Shown in pieces: positions 57,614 through 64,000 of a stretch of 64,000 nucleotides of DNA. Each line of letters opens with the position of its first letter. The stretch's first letter is position 1. Source of the DNA: a virus; the IMG/VR virus record IMGVR_UViG_3300045988_181536, positions 110,314 through 174,313 of that record, one strand, 5' to 3'. The notes below the pieces were generated by a model, which searched no databases, was not told the origin of the DNA, and saw only the letters and a program-made list of their open reading frames with translations. The position numbers and the translations under genes were made by a program.

Positions 57614-59050
57614 ATGGAAAATAAATTATCAGACTTAATTTCTTTAAAACACAGCAAAGAATTTAATAACAAGAAACAAAAGTTTATAGATTTCTTAAAT
57701 ACCAATCTGGAAGTTCTACAGTTAAGAGAAAAATATAACTTAACTGTAGAAGATTTAAATTGGCATCTTACGAGAAAATTAGATTTCTATAAACACGAGT
57801 GTCCTGTATGTGGAAAACCTGTGCATGCTAACAAATGGGGTTGTTGGGATTTTCCCACCTATTGCTCAGTTAAGTGTAGAATGTCTGATCCGAAATATTG
57901 GGATAAAATTAAAGAAAGTAACGTAAAAAAATATGGTACGCCTTATTCGTTTCAGTCTGAAATAATTAAGTCGAAAATTAAACAGACGAATCTTCAACGT
58001 TATGGCGTAGAAAATCCAGCTATACTTGATTCTATTAAAGAAAAAGCTAAGGCTACTTGTCTGGATAAGTACGGAGTAGTTTCTACAGCGTTAGTGCCTG
58101 AAATTAGAGAGCTACAGAAAAAATCCCTAATACAGAATTATGTTTTAAATTGTAATATAACTAATGATGTTTTAAATTTAAAAAAAGAAATCTTAAGTTT
58201 TGTTAAAACAATATATTCTGGAGAAATATGTTTTGAAGATAAATCTATTGTTATAGATTCTTTGAATAAAAGAAAAAATCTTGAATTAGACATTTATTTG
58301 CCAGAAAGAAAACTGGCTTTTGAAATTAATGGTTCTTATCAATGTAGTTTGATGGATAAAAAACCAAGTTATAATACATATAAAACTAAGTTGTGTGAGG
58401 AAAAGGGTATACATTTAGTGCATATTATGGAATATACATGGGTTAATAATCCTGAAGGAGTGAAATCCAGAATTAAAGACTTATTGGGTATTTATGATCA
58501 AACAATATACGCCAGAAAATGTGAGGTTAGAAAAATAGAGTATAACAAAGCAAAAGAATTTTTAATTATGAATCATTTGCAAGGAGAAGTAGTTTCTTCG
58601 CGTAACTATGGTCTATTTTATAATGATGACATTGTAGGTGTAATGACTTTTGGTTCTCCAAGGTTTAATAAGAAATATTCTTGGGAATTACTAAGATTTT
58701 GTGTTAAACAAGGTCTGCATATTCCTGGAGCAGCATCAAAATTATTGTCATTTTTTGTAAAAGAAGTTAAACCTGATAACTTAATAAGTTATGCAGATAG
58801 GACTTGGAGTAATGGTAAGCTATATAGAGCATTAGGATTTAAATTAGAAGGTGAAACTAAACCAGGATATGTTTATGTAAAAAATAACAATCAAGAAGTT
58901 TTATGTTGGTATAAAAGTCAAAAACACAATCTAAAGAATTTATTGGGAGACCAATTTGATTCAACATTATCTGCATCAAAAAATATGATTAAGGCACACT
59001 ATTGGAAAGTTTATGACTGCGGAAATTTAATTTTTTCTAAAACATTTTAA
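57614..59050 (+). CDS. Zn-finger / KYG-repeat protein with a C-terminal GNAT-like domain (possible homing-endonuclease-associated protein)
   Basis: N-terminal CPVCGKPVH..CSVKCR. Three tandem repeats of about 35 aa (KKYGTPYSFQSEIIKSKIKQT / QRYGVENPAILDSIKEKAKAT / DKYGVVSTALVPEIRELQKKS). The C-terminal Q-G-x-x-x-G-A-A segment resembles GNAT motif A. It sits exactly where the beta' gene is interrupted. Confidence 0.3.
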   Translation: MENKLSDLISLKHSKEFNNKKQKFIDFLNTNLEVLQLREKYNLTVEDLNWHLTRKLDFYKHECPVCGKPVHANKWGCWDFPTYCSVKCRMSDPKYWDKIKESNVKKYGTPYSFQSEIIKSKIKQTNLQRYGVENPAILDSIKEKAKATCLDKYGVVSTALVPEIRELQKKSLIQNYVLNCNITNDVLNLKKEILSFVKTIYSGEICFEDKSIVIDSLNKRKNLELDIYLPERKLAFEINGSYQCSLMDKKPSYNTYKTKLCEEKGIHLVHIMEYTWVNNPEGVKSRIKDLLGIYDQTIYARKCEVRKIEYNKAKEFLIMNHLQGEVVSSRNYGLFYNDDIVGVMTFGSPRFNKKYSWELLRFCVKQGLHIPGAASKLLSFFVKEVKPDNLISYADRTWSNGKLYRALGFKLEGETKPGYVYVKNNNQEVLCWYKSQKHNLKNLLGDQFDSTLSASKNMIKAHYWKVYDCGNLIFSKTF

Positions 59051-59081
59051 TCTTAACTTATAACTTTATTTTTAAATATTT

Positions 59082-59690
59082 ATGGAAACATCACAAATTA
59101 AATGGGGATTTCTTCGAGAAACTGAAGCTAAAGCAAAACAACTGGGATTGGATGCCGATACAGGTCTACATAGAACAGGCTTAGATACCTATCTATCAGC
59201 AATCTATCCTGAAGTTACTGATTGGATTCACGATAAATGTGTAAAAGGACTTTTAGTTGATGGAAAGCAAAGTCTTTTTCGTCCTGATTATAGAAGTGAA
59301 ACCTTAAAAATGATTGTTGAATTTGACGGTATACAGCATTATCAAAATCCCGAAAAGATTTTAGCGGACAAATTTAAAACAGATCTTTTTACGAAAGCCG
59401 GTTATAAGGTAATTAGAATACCATATTTTATACAGTTAACCAATAAGGTCATTAAAACATTATTTAATGTGGAAATAGAAACACCTATGTTTGATGAGTC
59501 TATTCCTTCAATAGGTGTTAAAGGCAAATGCACTCCTGCATTTTTGTGCCCGACAGGTGTAATAAGGATGGCAAAAGAGTTTCATAATATATCTCCGGAA
59601 CAATATATTATAAACGTTAATGCTGTCAGATCTTATCCAGACGAGCTTACAGGACTAAGTTTACTTGAAGCTTACTATAAAAGTTTATAA
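59082..59690 (+). CDS. DUF559 / Vsr-like PD-(D/E)xK family endonuclease
   Basis: RPDYRSE..IVEFDGIQHY....D..K..LFTKAGYKVIRIPY matches the DUF559 pattern (RPDF...IE.DG..H......D..R...L...G..V.R). Confidence 0.5.
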   Translation: METSQIKWGFLRETEAKAKQLGLDADTGLHRTGLDTYLSAIYPEVTDWIHDKCVKGLLVDGKQSLFRPDYRSETLKMIVEFDGIQHYQNPEKILADKFKTDLFTKAGYKVIRIPYFIQLTNKVIKTLFNVEIETPMFDESIPSIGVKGKCTPAFLCPTGVIRMAKEFHNISPEQYIINVNAVRSYPDELTGLSLLEAYYKSL

Positions 59691-59694
59691 TTAA

Positions 59695-60306
59695 ATGGAA
59701 ACTCTAACCAAACAAAACATGACAATAAAAGAAAAACTGGATTTATTAATCAAAGCCAACACAGCCTATAGAATAGGCAATCCTATTATCACAGACCAAG
59801 AATATGATTTAATCATCAGCGAAATAAAAGATACAAAAGAGTATAATGAAATAAAGTACTTCCTCAATGAAGGCGCAGACGGATCGGATTTTAAACATTC
59901 CTACGTGATAGGATCATTGGAAAAGCTTAAAAATGGTGAAGATGATACAATAAAGTCTTTTGATAAAAATAACTTAACAAAAAATTGGATAATTACACCC
60001 AAACTTGATGGGGCATCTTTGACGTTGTATTACATAAACGGTCAGTTGGCAGATATTGCTACGCGAGGGGATGGTTATAAGGGTAAATCGCAATTTAAAC
60101 GCTTGTTTGATTTAAATATTCCCAAGACTTTAAAATTTGCAAAAGGTACAGTTGTTATAAGAGGAGAAATACTTTTAACTCATCAGGCATTTGATAGACT
60201 TAATGCCGATACTAATGGCAAATATAAAAAGCATCCGAGAAATGCTGTCGTAGGACTTTTGGGAGATAAAAATGACACTTCTGACATTCTCCAAGCACTA
60301 AAGTAG
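59695..60306 (+). pseudogene. truncated NAD-dependent DNA ligase (LigA) fragment; first about 200 aa of the adenylation domain only
   Basis: TPKLDGASLTLYYINGQLADIATRGDGYKGK carries the LigA KxDG adenylation lysine and the TRGDG motif. HPRNAVVGLLGDKND aligns to LigA NPRNAAAGSLRQLDP. The ORF then stops 9 nt inside the convergent tnpB. No continuation is found within the window. Confidence 0.6.
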
Positions 60307-60341
60307 TTGGGTTCTCCTAACCTCGCGGTTTAGGTTTTCTG
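60281..60341. repeat. left arm of a perfect 61-bp inverted repeat
   Basis: ctgacattctccaagcactaaagtagttgggttctcctaacctcgcggtttaggttttctg. Its exact reverse complement occurs at 63940-64000. It spans the ligA stop and the last 14 codons of tnpB. Confidence 0.95.
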
Positions 60342-61497
60342 TTTCATCGGCGACTGCATTGGATGCTTCTGCATCTTTTAGTCTTACACCGCCTCCGCAG
60401 ACAAACACGACTTGCCCAGCCGCTAAAATATTTTTAGCTGCGTTTATATCTCTATCTAATACACTTCCACAGACTTGACATGTCCAAGACCTTTCGGAAA
60501 GCTTTAAGTCTTGTTTGATATAACCGCAGTGATTACAAGTTTTAGAGGAAGGAAAAAATCGATCAATGATTTTTAGATCTCTTCCATACCACTTGCATTT
60601 GTATTCCAACATATTGCGCAGCATACTCCAAGAAGAATTGGAGATAGCGTGTGCTAAATTATGATTTTTAAGCATATTTTTTACTGCAAGATCTTCCATA
60701 ACTATCGTTTGGTTTTCACGAATTAGTTTGGTTGTAATCTTATGCAAGGTATCTATACGCTTATTCGAAATTGTTTGATAGCATTTGGCCACCTTGACGT
60801 TTGCTTTGGTCCTATTCTTAGAACCTAACTTTTTGCAAGAAGCCTTACGTTGCAATCTTCGTAATTTATTAAAATCTTTTTTAGTATCCGGATTTTTGAA
60901 TACTTCCGCATTTGAAGTTGTTATTAAATTGTGCAACCCCAAATCCAGACCTACGGATTTATTTGAAACGGGAAGTTTGCAATCTTCATTACTATCTACA
61001 GTAATTGAAAAATACCATTCTTGAGAAGGGGTTAATCTAATCGTTAAGGATATTAATTTATCTGTAGACTTAATCCTCCAATTATCCTTAGATAATTTTA
61101 AAGGTTGCTTGGATTTAGCAATATAAACTTGGTTATTTTTGATTCTAAATCCTGAAGTAGTAAATCTTGCTGAACTTCCTGAAGATTTCTTTTTAAACTT
61201 AGGGTATTTGGCACGTTTGGCAAAAAAGTTATCAAACGCTGCGCCTAAATTTTTTATAGATTGTTGTAAACAAACATTAGATACTTCATTTAACCATGAG
61301 TATTCAGGCTGACGTTTCCATTTTGTCAGCTCTTTCATTAAATCAAAAGAGCTTAATGATTTGCCTGTTTGCGTAAATGTCGAAGACTTAAGATCAAGAC
61401 TTTTATTATAGATAAACCTAACGCATCCCAAGGTTCTACGTAGAAGAATCTCTTGGTCTTTCGTAGGATAAAATCTATGCTTTATAGTCTTTATCAT
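60298..61497 (-). CDS. tnpB: TnpB (RuvC-like RNA-guided nuclease)
   Basis: 399 aa. C-terminal CNHCGYIKQDLKLSERSWTCQVCGSVLDRDINAAKNILAAG zinc finger. Its sequence differs from the 42843..43958 TnpB. Confidence 0.8.
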   Translation of the reverse strand: MIKTIKHRFYPTKDQEILLRRTLGCVRFIYNKSLDLKSSTFTQTGKSLSSFDLMKELTKWKRQPEYSWLNEVSNVCLQQSIKNLGAAFDNFFAKRAKYPKFKKKSSGSSARFTTSGFRIKNNQVYIAKSKQPLKLSKDNWRIKSTDKLISLTIRLTPSQEWYFSITVDSNEDCKLPVSNKSVGLDLGLHNLITTSNAEVFKNPDTKKDFNKLRRLQRKASCKKLGSKNRTKANVKVAKCYQTISNKRIDTLHKITTKLIRENQTIVMEDLAVKNMLKNHNLAHAISNSSWSMLRNMLEYKCKWYGRDLKIIDRFFPSSKTCNHCGYIKQDLKLSERSWTCQVCGSVLDRDINAAKNILAAGQVVFVCGGGVRLKDAEASNAVADETENLNREVRRTQLL

Positions 61498-61685
61498 TTT
61501 TAATTGAACTTATTTAACTAAATAGATTCAGATAATGCAAGAAAAATTGTATGGTGCGCGTTAAAAAAGCTTGATAAATTAAAAATTTTATTGGATATTA
61601 TATCCAACATACCCGCCAGGCCTCTTAACAATGCCCAAATGTGGAGGGTTTAAATGAAGCCAATGGACTGGGGAATCTCGGTCGG

Positions 61686-61730
61686 TGAAAGATCTCGGAG
61701 TATTTCGGGGTCTTTCATTTTTTTTTTTTT
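61686..61730 (+). terminator. rho-independent terminator on the + strand within the IS 5'-side non-coding region
   Basis: Stem gaaagatctcgg..ggggtctttc, then a run of 13 T. No + strand ORF lies upstream, which suggests a small RNA ending here. Confidence 0.5.
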
Positions 61731-62050
61731 ACATATTTTTTATTTGTATTGACTAAAAGCTTAAGATGCTAAACACTTAATTATTATGTCACATTCTGTA
61801 GTTTTAGACCGCATTAAAGATTCCCCAGCTGTAAAATGGTTGGACAGTGCGGCAAATAATGCAGTTAAATGGCCTGGTTATGGTTTGGGGTTTTAAATAA
61901 GATATTTAATATTGAGGCACCCAAGCATAAGGATAAACATTTTAAGGATTTCATGGATAAAGTTAATCAATATTTTGATGGGAAGTCTAAAATACCTGTG
62001 AGAGTTTCCAAAAATGATTTTGTAACTACTAACTTAGCATAGGAGAAAAT

Positions 62051-62458
62051 ATGACAACAAATACTTATGGTAAAATAATAAAACAAGCCGGACTTGGCAG
62101 GGCTCTGTCATGGCTTGTTTCCAAAGGCATAAATAAGGTTATCAAATCTAAACCGATTGCAAACCGGATGGATAAAGACTGGAATGCTTATGTAAAACAT
62201 AGGGAAAAACTTGAAAATAGATTTCCTAAAGAAACCATTAGGAATGCTGATGGTTCTACTACTACGAGATTGACTCCTGAGGGTGAAAAAGCTTTTAAGA
62301 GAGAATATTTTAATGAAACTATGAAGAGAGATGGTAAAAATGTGCTTGATTTAACTCCTGAACTCACAAAAGCTAGGCTAACAAAATCTATAGACTTTAA
62401 GGATCCTGTTGCAACCACTGAGTTAGTCAGATATATAAGGCAATTAAGAAACCTATAG
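62051..62458 (+). CDS. hypothetical basic protein
   Basis: 135-aa ORF with an RBS aggag 8 nt upstream. Confidence 0.3.
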   Translation: MTTNTYGKIIKQAGLGRALSWLVSKGINKVIKSKPIANRMDKDWNAYVKHREKLENRFPKETIRNADGSTTTRLTPEGEKAFKREYFNETMKRDGKNVLDLTPELTKARLTKSIDFKDPVATTELVRYIRQLRNL

Positions 62459-62565
62459 TACCCGACAATAGGAAAATAATTGATTTTGATGCTGGATATA
62501 AAAATATATTGAAATAATTAAACTAATTATTTGTGAAATAACAGTTAAGAGAACTGTGGAACGAA

Positions 62566-62853
62566 ATGGATCCTGGATTAAAGCTGGGATTATTAGTTTC
62601 CCTACCTGCTACAGCTTTTGATGCTATGTTCACAACTCCGAGGGTTAACATAGTTGATAGAGCAATACGAAATGCTTTAATTGGAGGCACCGTGGGCTAC
62701 GGGGCTAGTAAATTAAAAAGTTATTTGGATAAAAAGCATTTAGCTAAGGAAGTAGAGAAAACTTACGGGGATAATATTATAGGAACCGGAGTAAAATCCA
62801 TTGTTAATAAAATGTATGACAATGGCATGAAATCTAAATTTCGATGGGAATAA
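62566..62853 (+). CDS. hypothetical protein
   Basis: 95-aa ORF. Confidence 0.3.
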   Translation: MDPGLKLGLLVSLPATAFDAMFTTPRVNIVDRAIRNALIGGTVGYGASKLKSYLDKKHLAKEVEKTYGDNIIGTGVKSIVNKMYDNGMKSKFRWE

Positions 62854-62871
62854 ATTTATTCACTTAAGTTT

Positions 62872-62910
62872 AAAACCAAGGAATCATTAGATCCTTGGTT
62901 TTATTTTTGA
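62872..62910 (+). terminator. rho-independent terminator
   Basis: Stem aaaaccaagga/tccttggtttt, then atttttg. Confidence 0.5.
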
Positions 62911-62946
62911 CATATGATTTTGTTTTTGCATTATTAAAACCTAATA

Positions 62947-63915
62947 ATGCAACCAATTAAAAATCCAGAGCTTTTAAATTTACCAGATATTCCGGAGGGT
63001 TATTCAGTATTTTTGGCCGATTTGTCTGAAATACCTCATGGTAAATTGACCAATGTAAATCCGGAGGGTAAAAACGGTCCTATTTATTTTTATGATACAC
63101 AGGATTTAAAAACATTGGCTTTTAATGAAGATAAAGGATGTTGGGACTGGGCTGATGTAAGTTGTTTTTCAATACATCCAAAACGACGATTAGTTATTGT
63201 TACATTATCTAACGGTTTGCAGATTTTTACGGACGATGACCCAAGGGCAATTTACGGATTAAATAAAAATACCGGAAAATACGAAAGACATACACCCGAA
63301 GAAGCTAAAGAATTGAATATAAATATTCCCGTATGTTCAGTGCTTGCAGAACATAAATATAGCAAAGATGAATTTATATTTCCTTTATTTTTTGATGATT
63401 TTAATGAAATAAGGGATGTGCAAAAGGAATTTTATCGAGTAGGAATTATCACATTAGTTTCTTATGATAAAGAACTAAAACAATTTGTTTTAGAAACTGA
63501 CGATAACTATGATTTTGCTGAATGGATTAATAAACCAGGTTTAGAGTTTGCGACTATTGACTTAATTGAAGATACGGGAGTTTATCTGGACGGTTATGAC
63601 CTTACAGTTCCGGGGTATGAAACCTTTATTAATTATAGTGGCGTTGTACTTTCGAATACGATGAATGTGCATGTGCCTGCGCTTCCTGAAGCTCAAGCTG
63701 AAATAAAAGAAAAGTTGCTGCCGTCAAAACAGATTTTTTCTCCCAGGGATTATAGGGTCGTAAATAAGCTAAAGCAGGATTATATCTTAGGTCCCAATTC
63801 TCAGATTACGGCGCCTGCAGAAAATAAATGGATATTAAATAGCGCCAAGGAATTAATGGAAGGATTAAATTCCGGCAAAATTAAATTGTCGGATGAGGTA
63901 GTGATACTACCTTAA
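62947..63915 (+). CDS. RNA polymerase beta' fragment (region just after the active site) with a novel N-terminal extension of about 220 aa and a degenerate DFDGD motif
   Basis: LIEDTGVYL..YSGVVLSNTMNVHVPALPEAQAEIKEKLLPSKQIFSPRDYRVVNKLKQDYILG..AKELMEGLNSGKIKL aligns to beta' [77 protein letters not shown]. The Asp triad is replaced by VxLxN. The ORF stops right at the inverted repeat. Confidence 0.45.
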   Translation: MQPIKNPELLNLPDIPEGYSVFLADLSEIPHGKLTNVNPEGKNGPIYFYDTQDLKTLAFNEDKGCWDWADVSCFSIHPKRRLVIVTLSNGLQIFTDDDPRAIYGLNKNTGKYERHTPEEAKELNINIPVCSVLAEHKYSKDEFIFPLFFDDFNEIRDVQKEFYRVGIITLVSYDKELKQFVLETDDNYDFAEWINKPGLEFATIDLIEDTGVYLDGYDLTVPGYETFINYSGVVLSNTMNVHVPALPEAQAEIKEKLLPSKQIFSPRDYRVVNKLKQDYILGPNSQITAPAENKWILNSAKELMEGLNSGKIKLSDEVVILP

Positions 63916-63939
63916 GTATTATAAACTTGCAGGATTAAG

Positions 63940-64000
63940 CAGAAAACCTAAACCGCGAGGTTAGGAGAACCCAACTACTTTAGTGCTTGGAGAATGTCAG
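63940..64000. repeat. right arm of the 61-bp inverted repeat; reaches the window edge
   Basis: Exact reverse complement of 60281-60341. On the + strand it re-encodes the TnpB C-terminus ENLNREVRRTQLL and its stop, so it is a solo copy of the tnpB 3' end plus adjacent flank. It may extend beyond the window. Confidence 0.95.

Larger units (their letters stand above)
60281..61735 (-). mobile_element. IS200/IS605-family TnpB-only element; approximate bounds
   Basis: tnpB ORF. The 3' side abuts or overlaps the ligA fragment. The 5' side carries the ggatat-t-atatcc palindrome and a hairpin plus 13-T run at 61686-61730. Confidence 0.45.

Noticed and set aside
1-64000. Possible CRISPR array
   Set aside because: No series of short direct repeats separated by unique spacers. 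The only tandem repeats are 2 x 112 bp, 2 x 23 bp and in-gene coding repeats.
1-64000. Alternative genetic code (stop-codon recoding), as in some large phages
   Set aside because: Long ORFs terminate cleanly with TAA, TAG and TGA. Intergenic spacing and downstream starts are out of frame with read-through, for example after the TAG at 16364 and the TGA at 57582. Conserved alignments to RpoB/RpoC, PolA and RNR need no recoding.
60281-64000. Interpreting the 61-bp inverted repeat as ordinary IS terminal inverted repeats
   Set aside because: IS200/IS605-family TnpB elements lack terminal inverted repeats. The repeat also includes tnpB coding sequence and lies 3.6 kb away beyond three unrelated ORFs, so it is a duplicated 3'-end fragment rather than a TIR.

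Overview
The window is AT-rich, densely coded and almost entirely on the + strand. It looks like part of a large (jumbo-type) dsDNA bacteriophage genome. Recognisable content falls into five groups. (1) A replication and nucleotide-metabolism module: a DnaB-like helicase, a TOPRIM primase-like protein, an intein-containing ribonucleotide reductase, a family-A DNA polymerase with a degenerate UDG-like N-terminal domain and an intein in motif B, a RecA/UvsX-like ATPase, a RecQ-like helicase, ThyX and an MT-A70 adenine methyltransferase. (2) A bacterial-like multisubunit RNA polymerase encoded as several split pieces: a beta N-terminal fragment, a beta middle fragment carrying a mini-intein, a beta C-terminus fused to the beta' N-terminus carrying a mini-intein, and a further beta' fragment. 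(3) An accessory region at about 44-54 kb. It holds a Lar-like zinc-ribbon protein with NTG pentapeptide-like repeats, paralogous small acidic proteins, two paralogous metallophosphoesterases, a DUF2829/Tad2-like protein, a hyperacidic protein and a GC-rich repeat protein. (4) Two distinct IS200/IS605-type TnpB elements. One sits in a mosaic of selfish elements that interrupts the beta' gene right after the catalytic DFDGD motif. That mosaic contains a Zn-finger/repeat protein, a DUF559-type nuclease and a truncated LigA fragment. A 3.6-kb segment carrying this TnpB is bounded by a perfect 61-bp inverted repeat that runs to the window edge. (5) A tRNA-Asn followed by a 400-bp GC-rich structured non-coding region, a 1.2-kb repeat-containing divergent intergenic region next to the replication genes, and a 112-bp tandem duplication upstream of the RecQ-like gene. 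All functional calls rest on motif-level reading of the translations, with no database search, so they need confirmation.
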